Below, piece by piece: positions 8,080 to 16,453 of a DNA stretch of 29,919 bases; within the stretch, counting starts at the first letter, position 1, and the number at the start of each line of letters is the position of its first letter. The stretch comes from a virus. Taxonomy: Duplodnaviria; Caudoviricetes. A model generated the notes under the pieces. It had not been told where the DNA came from, ran no database searches, and saw only the letters and a program-made list of their open reading frames with translations. The position numbers and the translations under genes were made by a program. The stretch lies in the IMG/VR virus record IMGVR_UViG_3300033067_001424, positions 1 through 29,919 of that record. One strand, 5' to 3'.

Positions 8080-9000
8080 CTATTTCACCAGAAAACGCCG
8101 GGTTGGTTCACCAACTTTTATAAAACGTTCGTAAACGTCCGGTTCCATATCTTTAAGCGCCTTTGTATCTAATCTTTCCGCACCTTTGGCTTGTTTCCAT
8201 GTTATAAGGGCATTGCCGAAAGCGTCTGTGAGCGCTTCAAATTCCCCCATAAAATCCTTTATAATAACCTCGCTTCGCTCTTTGTCGGCGGTGAGCATGG
8301 CAAGCTTGTTGCGAATACCTTTAAGCGCTAAAAGCTCTTGCTCAATATGGGGAAGGGCAACGATAGAAGCGCCATTAACTTTACGGTATATTTTGGCAAC
8401 ATCTTCATTGGTTGTTGGCGCAGGCGGTAAGCGGTTTTCTACCTTATCCCAGAACTCTGCTTCTTTCTCTATAATCATTTCTTGAAGCTCTTTATCAGCT
8501 TCGACTATAAAATATTTCGGTTTGTTCCCGGCGATACTAACAGTTACGTCTGTAACCACGCGCCCAGTTACAAACATTCCATGCTGAACTTGAATAGCAT
8601 ATTCCTGCGGTATTTCGTCGCTTTGTTCATCCCCCCAGCCTGCGCCATAAGCAGCGGTTTTAAACTCCGCCAAGCGTTCCGGATCATCTGGCAAGCCATC
8701 CGGGTTATAGCGCATAAATGAATATTTAGGGTGAACTATCGCGGATTTTGGCAGGGAAACCACGCGCCCGGTAGTGTCTGCGTAATGCTGGCGAAGGGCA
8801 GGTTCCAACGCTTTGCCGCGCTGCATTTCCCAAGTTTCCAGCTCCGGCTCCGCTTCCCCTGTTTTTTCAAGGTAAAGTTGATATGGTGTTTTCCATTTAG
8901 ATAAGCCAAGGGCAGCAGCGGCATCACTTCCCCCTATACCAAGGCGGCGTTCTGCGTGCCATTCTGCGCTTCCGGGAGTAATAATTTGTGATTGTGTCAT
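8080..9000 (-). CDS. YqaJ-like (lambda-exonuclease family) recombination nuclease
   Basis: WHAERRLGIGGSDAAAALGLSKWKTPYQLYLEKTG, G.ALEP, PDG, EFKT, YAIQVQH. Confidence 0.93.
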   Translation of the reverse strand: MTQSQIITPGSAEWHAERRLGIGGSDAAAALGLSKWKTPYQLYLEKTGEAEPELETWEMQRGKALEPALRQHYADTTGRVVSLPKSAIVHPKYSFMRYNPDGLPDDPERLAEFKTAAYGAGWGDEQSDEIPQEYAIQVQHGMFVTGRVVTDVTVSIAGNKPKYFIVEADKELQEMIIEKEAEFWDKVENRLPPAPTTNEDVAKIYRKVNGASIVALPHIEQELLALKGIRNKLAMLTADKERSEVIIKDFMGEFEALTDAFGNALITWKQAKGAERLDTKALKDMEPDVYERFIKVGEPTRRFLVK

Positions 9001-9028
9001 ATAGCAGTCTTCTTTCTTTGTTGGTTGG

Positions 9029-9334
9029 TTAGTGAGAAGTTTTATTATCGTTAGGGTGGATTACTTTCCCGGCAAGCTCAGCTTCGGAGTGAGCCGCGAG
9101 AATATCGTTGATAACGTTAATCAGCATAAAATTAAATCCCTGCTCGGTTATCTTCTCCGGGAAGCCGCCAAAATTAACGGCAAGGCTTAAACCAATCAGT
9201 AAGCCAACGACGAAATCGGGGCTTTTTAATTGTTCTTCTCGCTTGATTGGAACGTTGGGAATTGAACCAGCTAACGTGCTTAAAGCGTCAATAACGGTTT
9301 CTCTGTCATTGCTGGTGGTGTTTAAGATAAACAT
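9029..9334 (-). CDS. Hypothetical protein
   Basis: AAAGGA RBS and a conserved leader motif. 101 aa. Confidence 0.6.
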   Translation of the reverse strand: MFILNTTSNDRETVIDALSTLAGSIPNVPIKREEQLKSPDFVVGLLIGLSLAVNFGGFPEKITEQGFNFMLINVINDILAAHSEAELAGKVIHPNDNKTSH

Positions 9335-9470
9335 AAATTTCCTTTCTTAGTTATTGGCAAGCACAAGCAAGCATATTTTGTAAATGCTTGCAACTATTTT
9401 TTACACACGGCGCAACAACTTAAAATTAACACGGTGAACGTCGCACCAAACACCGCACCAAATATGAAAT

Positions 9471-10346
9471 TCATATTGTTAATCCTTCAAATTCTAATTT
9501 TGGGTATTGGTTCCACAAAACGCCATCAAGCGTCCTGCCAGCTAGTTTTTTCCCAACGCGGCGAACGATTGCCCCGTCCGGAAAAGTGTAATGCTCCCCG
9601 GTGCCTTCAACTTCGCTAACCGAAACATATTCACCCCATTGCTTGAAGAAGAACGGCACGCCAACTATAACGCACTGGTCACGCAAAGACCGCGCCCAAG
9701 CCGGGTGCATAGGACGGGCTTTCGCCCCGGATTCACCGCCGACGATAACCCAGTCAATGCCATTAAGAGCCTTTTTCCCAAGCTGTTGAACAGCATCGGA
9801 ACGCTTGGAAACGTCGGAAAAATGAACATAGCCAAGCAAAGGTTCCATGCTTAAAAAGCGTATTTGCGCAGGCACGTTTAACAATTTAGGAATATCGCGG
9901 TTAATTTCCTCTTGATTGACAACTGAAATCCCAAGCCAAACGTTTTTAAGTGGCACCCCGTCGATCGGCGCGGGCCACATTGTCGCGGCGTTGCCTATGC
10001 GCTTAGTGAGAAGCAACCAATCAAGGTGCGGGGTTTCGGCAATCAACCGCCAAAGACGTTGCCGCCACTCCGGGGGAACTTCGTTATCGAACACGTCGGC
10101 CAGCGAAGCGCAAAACACCCTTGGCCGGACTTTTAACTTTGCCGCCTCTTTGTTCCAGCGGTGCGGTGCTTGCCAATATGATGTTCCGGTAAGTGATCGC
10201 GGTTGTCCCGGCCCCCATGTCACCGTTTTAAAGCGGCTAGTTAATGTTTCAGCGTAACAGTTATCGCAACCGGGCGAAACCTTCGTGCAACCAATCCAAG
10301 GGTTAAAAGTGTGATCGGTCCATTCAATTTTGCTGTTCTCGACCAT
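9471..10346 (-). CDS. Phage Gp37/Gp68 (DUF5131) radical-SAM-like protein
   Basis: SKIEWTDHTFNPWIGCTKVSPGCDNCYAE, VFCASLADVF, LLLTKR, RFLSMEPLLG, WVIVGGESG, FFFKQWGE. Confidence 0.93.
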   Translation of the reverse strand: MVENSKIEWTDHTFNPWIGCTKVSPGCDNCYAETLTSRFKTVTWGPGQPRSLTGTSYWQAPHRWNKEAAKLKVRPRVFCASLADVFDNEVPPEWRQRLWRLIAETPHLDWLLLTKRIGNAATMWPAPIDGVPLKNVWLGISVVNQEEINRDIPKLLNVPAQIRFLSMEPLLGYVHFSDVSKRSDAVQQLGKKALNGIDWVIVGGESGAKARPMHPAWARSLRDQCVIVGVPFFFKQWGEYVSVSEVEGTGEHYTFPDGAIVRRVGKKLAGRTLDGVLWNQYPKLEFEGLTI

Positions 10347-10350
10347 GGCC

Positions 10351-10524
10351 CTAACCGTTACGTTTGCGGTTGCGGGCTTTACGCGCAGCGCGTCGAATCT
10401 TCAATGCTCCGGTTGGTTTTTTCTTCGGGCCAAGCGGTGTTTGTTTCGATATAAATTCGCCGGGGGCTGGCATATTTTGCATAAAGCCAAGAACCATTGC
10501 CGTTGCTAGTGTCATGTTACGCAT
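10351..10524 (-). CDS. Small basic hypothetical protein (57 aa, not in ORF track)
   Basis: MRNMTLATAMVLG...KIRRAARKARNRKRNG with AAGGA RBS. Fills the gap in the operon. Confidence 0.55.
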   Translation of the reverse strand: MRNMTLATAMVLGFMQNMPAPGEFISKQTPLGPKKKPTGALKIRRAARKARNRKRNG

Positions 10525-10553
10525 AATGTTTTATTCCTTATCGGTTATGGTTT

Positions 10554-10718
10554 TTAACAAATATCATCTATATTTAAAGTAACGATGTCTTCCCCAGCAT
10601 TGTTTTTGCCAGCTTCTAGGCTTTCAATCTCGAAAAGATGTTGTTGCATGTTTTCCGCCAAAACTTTTGCACCCGCGGGGAGGAGGCCTAATAGGTAGAT
10701 TAATTCATAAACTTTCAT
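10554..10718 (-). CDS. Small hypothetical protein (54 aa, not in ORF track)
   Basis: MKVYELIYLLGLLPAGAKV..., an MKVxELI-type phage start. ATGA overlap with the upstream stop. Confidence 0.55.
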   Translation of the reverse strand: MKVYELIYLLGLLPAGAKVLAENMQQHLFEIESLEAGKNNAGEDIVTLNIDDIC

Positions 10719-11029
10719 AAAACGCCTTTCAAAATTTCAATGTGAATAATAATAATTTTCATATCAAGACGACCATAGCAGTTTAAAAGCGCGAAACGGT
10801 GTTTCTCTGGCAATTTATGTGCTGCGGCTATCTCAATTCCGGTTATAACCCCGCGCAAGCGGTGTTTCTTGCCATAGCCACGGGATAGGATAACGCCCCG
10901 CCCGGCATAACATGTTTTTTCATTCCAGCGCTTGCCGTAAACGCGCAATTCGCTTGGCTTGGTTCCAGCCTCGAAAGCGTCGAAATACTCACCTTTAAGA
11001 GGTATAAATAAATTCTTATTTAGCTGCAT
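10715..11029 (-). CDS. ASCH-domain protein
   Basis: LFIPLKGEYFDAFEAGTKPSELR matches the ASCH GxKxxExR motif. Confidence 0.75.
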   Translation of the reverse strand: MQLNKNLFIPLKGEYFDAFEAGTKPSELRVYGKRWNEKTCYAGRGVILSRGYGKKHRLRGVITGIEIAAAHKLPEKHRFALLNCYGRLDMKIIIIHIEILKGVL

Positions 11030-11032
11030 ATT

Positions 11033-11419
11033 CTACCTTTTACACTTACACACAATATGCTGCCCTATATCTGTCTTGATAATAGGTAAGCGGCAAAACA
11101 TACATACGCCAACGCCGCCACTACTCAGCTTGTTACCCGCAGCGGTATTGCCATTGATAATTGGCGACGTTGGTTTAGAGTTATCCGATTTTACCGGGCA
11201 GCTAACCGCCACCGATATGTTGAGGGCTTGCTCTATTTCTGGATAATTATCCTCGCTAATATTAACGCCACAAGCAGTCATGTAACGAACTGCGCTATCC
11301 AACGCCTCCCTAAGCCGTGCGTTTTCTGCTTGGAGGGTGGCTAATGTATCAGCACTTATAAACCACCTTTCATTCTTAAATAGCTTCTCAAACTCAGCCC
11401 TTATTCCATCCTGTGTCAT
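11033..11419 (-). CDS. Hypothetical protein
   Basis: LQAENARLREAL coiled coil and a C-terminal CxxC..CxC. GGAGG RBS. Confidence 0.6.
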   Translation of the reverse strand: MTQDGIRAEFEKLFKNERWFISADTLATLQAENARLREALDSAVRYMTACGVNISEDNYPEIEQALNISVAVSCPVKSDNSKPTSPIINGNTAAGNKLSSGGVGVCMFCRLPIIKTDIGQHIVCKCKR

Positions 11420-11995
11420 TTAATCCTCCAACAATTTGAATTGTTCAAAATATTCATCCGGTATGTCGCCTTCTAAAAATTCTTTTGCGGCTTCCCATTT
11501 CCCATTAAGGGCAGCAGATACACCGAAGCATTTAGATTTTTCTCCTATATAACCAAAAATCCTTTTTGTTTTACGGTGGCAAATACCCCAGCCAAAATTA
11601 GTTTCATGGTCACGGAAAGGGTGAAATTCACCTTCGCTACATTCATTATAAACGCGCCTGTAATAAGCGTTATCTTTAACAGGCTGTTCCTTCGGGGTTT
11701 GCAGGGCTGCTATGGCTTCTTTGGCATCTACGATAATTTCATCCAATGTTTTATCATCTGGATTGCCGCTATATTCCCGCGATAAATCACGACAAACTTG
11801 TATGCAACGCTCTATTCCATCCCCACTCACCTGTTGCGGCTCAGACTGCTTGCGGATTATGTCTATGGCTGCTTCGGCGATATCACATACAAGCTGGTTG
11901 CGGCTTTCTCCCGGTTGCCAACCTACTATATCTTGAAACTGGTTTATGCATTGGCTGATTTCCTTTTCGAGCGTTTCTTTATCTGCTTGGTTCAT
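11420..11995 (-). CDS. Hypothetical protein
   Basis: 191 aa, tight operon packing, AAGGA RBS. Confidence 0.65.
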   Translation of the reverse strand: MNQADKETLEKEISQCINQFQDIVGWQPGESRNQLVCDIAEAAIDIIRKQSEPQQVSGDGIERCIQVCRDLSREYSGNPDDKTLDEIIVDAKEAIAALQTPKEQPVKDNAYYRRVYNECSEGEFHPFRDHETNFGWGICHRKTKRIFGYIGEKSKCFGVSAALNGKWEAAKEFLEGDIPDEYFEQFKLLED

Positions 11996-12228
11996 GGGTT
12001 ATTTCCTTCGCTATCTGGGGCTAAATTAAATCCGCGATCAATACTATCGCCTAAATAATACAGCCCTTTTTGTATGAATTTATTGGTTTTTATGTTAGAT
12101 ATTTTGTTATAATAACGTTTCTGAATAATCTTTTTGCGGCGCTTAGATAAACGTTTGCGCCTGCGTAATTTTTTATATTGTTCCGGCCAATCTGCGGGAA
12201 CTTCGGCAATACACCCACCTTCAAACAT
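11992..12228 (-). CDS. Small basic hypothetical protein
   Basis: Start reassigned to ATG 12228 (MFEGGCIAEV...RRRKRLSKRRKK) to avoid a long overlap. Confidence 0.5.
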   Translation of the reverse strand: MFEGGCIAEVPADWPEQYKKLRRRKRLSKRRKKIIQKRYYNKISNIKTNKFIQKGLYYLGDSIDRGFNLAPDSEGNNP

Positions 12229-12523
12229 TGTTTTCACCTTCCCGAAAATAATCAGTTGAGCAACAACCAGCGCCGACACCAAGCATTTCTTGAACCATTT
12301 TATGCTTTCCGTCTTCAATTTCAGCAAGCACCACGCTGCAACGCACCCTTCCTTCTTCGTAAACGATACCCGGACATGGCGCGGGCGCATCAGGGAAAAC
12401 GACGCGACCTATCCCGCAAACCTGCATATGGCAACACCACCCGCAACCGTTGCATGGTTCGCCATAAAGCGGCTTTGCCGGGGTTTGGAACGGTGGAAGA
12501 TAAATGGTTTCATCGTCGCTCAT
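12221..12523 (-). CDS. Cys-rich metal-binding protein (CxxCxxCC, YkgJ-like)
   Basis: PCNGCGWCCHMQVC...PCP...RC...GAGCC. Confidence 0.65.
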   Translation of the reverse strand: MSDDETIYLPPFQTPAKPLYGEPCNGCGWCCHMQVCGIGRVVFPDAPAPCPGIVYEEGRVRCSVVLAEIEDGKHKMVQEMLGVGAGCCSTDYFREGENNV

Positions 12524-12527
12524 TGCC

Positions 12528-12776
12528 TTAATCCGTCAAAGTCATAGAAAGTTTTATAATTGCCACCATTATTGTTATAATTACCCATAGGCATATTGTT
12601 GCCTCGGCTAATATTCTTAATGATGCCATACGTTTTTGCATTACCCGCTTACGCTGGTTATTGTAATATGATGAATCGTAAATGCCGGGGCGTTCGCCAT
12701 TCTTATCGAATCCCCAGCTTTTCAGCAATTTTTCTTGCCGCCGATCGAAGGCTTTTTGCTCTCTGGTTTGCCGCAT
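12528..12776 (-). CDS. Hypothetical protein with a C-terminal TM helix
   Basis: Basic N-terminus, hydrophobic tail, GGAG RBS. Confidence 0.55.
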   Translation of the reverse strand: MRQTREQKAFDRRQEKLLKSWGFDKNGERPGIYDSSYYNNQRKRVMQKRMASLRILAEATICLWVIITIMVAIIKLSMTLTD

Positions 12777-12777
12777 G

Positions 12778-13056
12778 TTACCATCTCCTTATTGCGGCCA
12801 TGAAAGCCGAAGTTGTTTTTAAACGATCGGTCACTTTTTCCCGCAAAGTTTGAGGCCGGGAATTGTAATAATGATCGTCGTCTTTTTCCGGGAAATGTTG
12901 AAAGACTTCCCGGCCAAGGTTGATGATTTCTTCGCACTCTTTCACCAAGGTTTTTAGGCGTTCAAACTCCGGGTTGCCCGTCATCTTTTGCACGCTTTCA
13001 ATAAGACTGTATGCCTCATAGAATTGCATTTTATTTGCTGGTTGTTTGTTGGGCAT
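12778..13056 (-). CDS. Hypothetical protein
   Basis: 92 aa, operon packing. Confidence 0.55.
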   Translation of the reverse strand: MPNKQPANKMQFYEAYSLIESVQKMTGNPEFERLKTLVKECEEIINLGREVFQHFPEKDDDHYYNSRPQTLREKVTDRLKTTSAFMAAIRRW

Positions 13057-13058
13057 GG

Positions 13059-13265
13059 CTATTCACTCACTTTGTAATAGCTAAAACGGTTGAACTGGAA
13101 CCAATGTTCCCATCCGCCACCCATTAAATAACACCAGCAAATAAAATGCTTTCCGACTTGAACCGCGTAATATGTGCGCGACTTTTCAAACCATATTGGC
13201 AGGTATGGAACCTTTTTAATCATAATCGCGTTTCCTTTCCCTAATCTGCGAATGACTGTTTTCAT
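13059..13265 (-). CDS. Hypothetical protein
   Basis: 68 aa, aromatic-rich, operon packing. Confidence 0.5.
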   Translation of the reverse strand: MKTVIRRLGKGNAIMIKKVPYLPIWFEKSRTYYAVQVGKHFICWCYLMGGGWEHWFQFNRFSYYKVSE

Positions 13266-13268
13266 AAA

Positions 13269-14045
13269 TTACCGGGTAACCGATTCGGATTTTTCGTAAA
13301 TATGCGCCCCGGAGATTTCGCGGCCGCCAGCTTTGACGTAGGAATTAAGCGCGGTCTGCAACGCATCTGGGTTTATGTGGTGGCGCAATACTTCCAGATC
13401 GAGCGCGGCAAGGTTCGTTATCTCGCCAACCCACCAAGTTTTTAAACTGGCAACGGCACCGCTTGCGCTGCGCGTGCGCGAGAGTTCCGCGGGTTTTGCT
13501 TCTGCCATCTTTTCAAGCCGCGCCGCGCCTAAATCGCTTATGGTTGCCTGTGAGCGCATATCGGCGGCGGTTTCGGCTTCTTTTGCTTTATCTGCGGCGT
13601 TGGCAATGAGGCGTTGTTCTTCTGCCACGCGGCGGGCTTCTTCGGCTTCCTCGCGTAGTTTGCGTTTGGCTTCTTCGTCCTTGCGTTTCAGGTATGCGGT
13701 TAGCGGCTGGTTAATATTCTGCTTGGTTTTGTCGAGCGTGTCGGTAACGCTTTTGAAGAAACCATCCACCACGCGGCCAAGCGTCAAATATGGTTCTTTT
13801 TCCCCCGACCGGAGCGTTTCAAGCGTCTTGCCGCTGGCAATCATTTCTTTGATAAAATCCGCACGCGCCTTGGCTTCGTCATCGTTGTTGATTACGCCCG
13901 GAAGGTTGGCAGCGTCCGCAATTAATTGTTCTGCCCGGCTCAACGGGGTTTTGTGAGTGTCACGCAATTTCTGTTTTAATATTTCTGCGTCGGTCGGCGG
14001 GTTGTTATCGCCTATAGTGGCTATTGAGTTATTTTGCATTTTCAT
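13269..14045 (-). CDS. Coiled-coil early phage protein (IGDNNPP type)
   Basis: IGDNNPP start, R..EKEPYL..GR.VDGFF, long Ala/Glu helix, C-terminal R.I.G..IYE. Confidence 0.8.
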   Translation of the reverse strand: MKMQNNSIATIGDNNPPTDAEILKQKLRDTHKTPLSRAEQLIADAANLPGVINNDDEAKARADFIKEMIASGKTLETLRSGEKEPYLTLGRVVDGFFKSVTDTLDKTKQNINQPLTAYLKRKDEEAKRKLREEAEEARRVAEEQRLIANAADKAKEAETAADMRSQATISDLGAARLEKMAEAKPAELSRTRSASGAVASLKTWWVGEITNLAALDLEVLRHHINPDALQTALNSYVKAGGREISGAHIYEKSESVTR

Positions 14046-14070
14046 TTTCCTTGTTGGTTGGGTTGGTTAA

Positions 14071-14514
14071 TTATTTTCTTGCTTCAAAAATTGGTTCTAC
14101 GCTGGCTATTTTGTCATTTTTCCCCAGTGGTGGGGCGTTATTAATATCGTCCTTATAAACATGCACCACGCGCCCTTTATAATTGCGGATTTTTAAACCT
14201 TTAACGCTTGGTTGTTCCATAAGTTTTATTGCGATTTTATAAGCAATTTCCTTGCTTCCATCATGTTTTAATAATACAAGGTCGCTTAATGCCTGCTGTG
14301 AGTTATCAATGCCCCATATCTCCGCTATCTTCGCTTGCCTCTCTTTTTCGTTTTTAGGGCGATAAGTGCCTTTAAGGATAATCGGCTTTGCGCAATCGGC
14401 TTTCGCTTCTGTGCGGGTGGGTTCCGGCTTAATATGAACAGGTTTATAGTGCATTGAGTTATAGGATAAGGCTATAAACCCGGTGGCAGTAACCAAAAGA
14501 ACAAAGGTTTTCAT
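14071..14514 (-). CDS. Hypothetical protein with an N-terminal signal or anchor
   Basis: MKTFVLLVTATGFIALS hydrophobic start, ATGA coupling. Confidence 0.55.
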   Translation of the reverse strand: MKTFVLLVTATGFIALSYNSMHYKPVHIKPEPTRTEAKADCAKPIILKGTYRPKNEKERQAKIAEIWGIDNSQQALSDLVLLKHDGSKEIAYKIAIKLMEQPSVKGLKIRNYKGRVVHVYKDDINNAPPLGKNDKIASVEPIFEARK

Positions 14515-14774
14515 ATTATTTGCCCCATGTATGCGTTAAATTCTTTGGCTTCTTCGGGAGTCATCAGCATTGAAGTGCCATTCTTCCATAGCTCCGCAAG
14601 GCGAAGCGAAGAACAATTATTAATTACCTGCTTTACCAATGTGCGCTTATTGGTGCGCCACGCTTCCAAAAGAGATTCGCATATTTTTTTGTTGCTTACT
14701 TCTGCGAATGTATCGCGGGCTTGTTTATCGGAAACCCCGCGTTCGTATGCCCCGATTTTAATTGTGCTGCGCAT
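14511..14774 (-). CDS. Hypothetical protein
   Basis: AAAGGA RBS, 87 aa. Confidence 0.6.
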   Translation of the reverse strand: MRSTIKIGAYERGVSDKQARDTFAEVSNKKICESLLEAWRTNKRTLVKQVINNCSSLRLAELWKNGTSMLMTPEEAKEFNAYMGQII

Positions 14775-14775
14775 G

Positions 14776-14961
14776 TTAAGTTCCTTTCTTCTCTGGAATA
14801 ATTAAAATTCCGTTTTCTGTAAAATATGTTGCGGTTAAATTTTCGGCATAAGTGTTGAACAGGTAAAGCCAGCATTGCCGAAGGTTGCCACGGCGAAGCG
14901 TAACTTCGTTTGCGGTGCCGTGGTATTCAACCACTTTGTAAGACGTGGAATTGGTGGACAT
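14776..14961 (-). CDS. Hypothetical protein
   Basis: GGGAGG RBS, 61 aa. Confidence 0.6.
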   Translation of the reverse strand: MSTNSTSYKVVEYHGTANEVTLRRGNLRQCWLYLFNTYAENLTATYFTENGILIIPEKKGT

Positions 14962-14974
14962 GGTTTCGCCTCCC

Positions 14975-15313
14975 TTACACGTTTACAATTTCGATTTTGC
15001 AGGCAGCGGCAAATTCTGCATTTTGCTTTTTGCCTTCCTCGACAATTTGGCGAACCGTTTTGCCTTGCTTGCGTGCTATTTTTTCCCAGTAAGCGGCCGT
15101 GTGAGCGTAACGCAATTTTATTGGAGAAGGATAATAAGCCGGGCTGTTTTGGCTTATGTGGCTACGCGCTGTTTTTTCTGCACTTGCGCGATCGTAACTA
15201 TGGCCAGATTCAAAACCGCCATTAGGATAAATAACCATCCATGCGGCTTTTACGTCGCGTTTGCCTTTGTAAACGTCAACATGGCCATTGCTAAAAGTTG
15301 CTGTAATTTTCAT
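14975..15313 (-). CDS. First gene of the leftward early arm, hypothetical
   Basis: Start set at ATG 15313 (MKITATFSNGH...) after an AAAGGA RBS. Confidence 0.65.
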   Translation of the reverse strand: MKITATFSNGHVDVYKGKRDVKAAWMVIYPNGGFESGHSYDRASAEKTARSHISQNSPAYYPSPIKLRYAHTAAYWEKIARKQGKTVRQIVEEGKKQNAEFAAACKIEIVNV

Positions 15314-15347
15314 AGTAAAATTTCCTTTCTTTGTTATTGGCACCTTC

Positions 15348-15376
15348 TTTATCTCATAAGCCAAAACTTCGTTCAA
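15348..15376 (-). promoter_or_regulatory. Putative leftward early promoter
   Basis: On the minus strand, TTGAAC-N17-GATAAA with TG extension. Confidence 0.4.
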
Positions 15377-15489
15377 TCGTTTTTTTCAAAAAAGAAACAA
15401 ATTATTTCAAATATGAAACAAAGAGCGCTTGCTTTAAGGGTTTATTTATGCCTTAAATAGCGAGGTATTCAGGGAAACAAAGGGATTTT

Positions 15490-15711
15490 ATGCGTTTTGA
15501 CGATTGGATAAAGGAATCCGGGCTAAGGCCGGACGTAATAGCGAAAAAGCTGAAAATGGCAAGAACACGCCTTTGGAGGCTATCAAAGGGGAAGGCGGAG
15601 CCGACCCTAGAAGAAGTTTACGACATCTACATTTTGAGCAAACACAAAGTAACATGGAGGGATTTTTTAGATGAAATAAAAAGCAGGAAACAACCCGCGC
15701 ATGCGGATTAG
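15490..15711 (+). CDS. Cro/Xre-like HTH regulator
   Basis: 73 aa; IAKKLKMARTRLWRLSKGKAEPTL...VTWRDF. First gene of the divergent rightward arm. Confidence 0.75.
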   Translation: MRFDDWIKESGLRPDVIAKKLKMARTRLWRLSKGKAEPTLEEVYDIYILSKHKVTWRDFLDEIKSRKQPAHAD

Positions 15712-15744
15712 TATTTTTTCAACAAATCAATATAAGGAAATTTT

Positions 15745-16137
15745 ATGAATATTAATGATTTAACAATAGGCCAAGCCAGAGAGCTTGTTAATATGTTTTA
15801 TGCAGTTCAAGTGCCGGGGAATACGGTTTCGCAATCTGGCGTAAATTCTTTAGTGGGCAAAAAAGTTATAATACGCACCTTTTCAGCCGGTGTGCATTAT
15901 GGTGAACTTGTAGAAAAAGACGGAAAAGAAGTCATTCTCAAGAATGCCCGCCGACTCTGGTATTGGAAAACTAGCAATAAAGGAATTTCTTTAAGTGAAG
16001 TTGCCAATAATGGACTGTCATCGGATAGCAAAGTTTGTGAGCCGGTAGAAGCGATTTGGCTTGAAGCGGTAGAGATAATCCCTTGTTCAAAAGAAGCAAT
16101 TAAAAATATTGAGGGGCAAAATGTCTATAAAGCATAA
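15745..16137 (+). CDS. DUF6948-like phage protein
   Basis: GKKVIIRTFSAGVHYGEL....G.EVILKNARRLWYW...SLSEVA..G...EIIPC. Confidence 0.7.
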   Translation: MNINDLTIGQARELVNMFYAVQVPGNTVSQSGVNSLVGKKVIIRTFSAGVHYGELVEKDGKEVILKNARRLWYWKTSNKGISLSEVANNGLSSDSKVCEPVEAIWLEAVEIIPCSKEAIKNIEGQNVYKA

Positions 16138-16327
16138 AATTTCCGGTTACGGTTACGGTGACGGTTACGGTGACGGTTCCGGTTACGGTTCCGGTTACGG
16201 TTCCGGTTACGGTTACGGTTACGGTGACGGTTCCGGTTACGGTTCCGGTTCCGGTTCCGGTTACGGTTACGGTTACGGTGACGGTTCCGGTTACGGTTCC
16301 GGTTACGGTGACGGTTACGGGCAATAA
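16121..16327 (+). CDS. Gly-X (X = Y/D/S) repeat protein
   Basis: GAGGGG RBS. MSIKHKI followed by ~30 XG dipeptides. Confidence 0.7.
   Translation: MSIKHKISGYGYGDGYGDGSGYGSGYGSGYGYGYGDGSGYGSGSGSGYGYGYGDGSGYGSGYGDGYGQ
16142..16321 (+). repeat. 6-bp tandem repeat (GGTTAC/GGTGAC/GGTTCC)
   Basis: About 30 hexamer units read directly from the sequence. Confidence 0.95.
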
Positions 16328-16377
16328 TTTTTTATAATCAAATTAATGAAAGGTATCGGAATTGTACACTTTAAGGC

Positions 16378-16406
16378 TTGACTACTGTATTTAGTTACAG
16401 TATGGT
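16378..16406 (+). promoter_or_regulatory. Sigma70 promoter with a LexA-box-like palindrome in the spacer
   Basis: TTGACT-N17-TATGGT. TACTGTATTTAGTTACAGTA at 16383-16402 is CTGT-N8-ACAG. Confidence 0.65.
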
Positions 16407-16453
16407 TAGGTTATTAGATGCAATTAAGTATCTAAGGATGAAACGAGGAAAAT

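Noticed and set aside
13375-13956. 193-aa plus-strand ORF
   Set aside because: Ser/Ala-rich shadow of the coiled-coil gene on the minus strand.
16142-16321. Possible CRISPR array
   Set aside because: Contiguous 6-bp units with no unique spacers and no cas genes. It is a coding microsatellite.
16100-16324. Minus-strand (VT/GT)n ORF
   Set aside because: Antisense shadow of the Gly-repeat gene, which has the RBS and the operon orientation.
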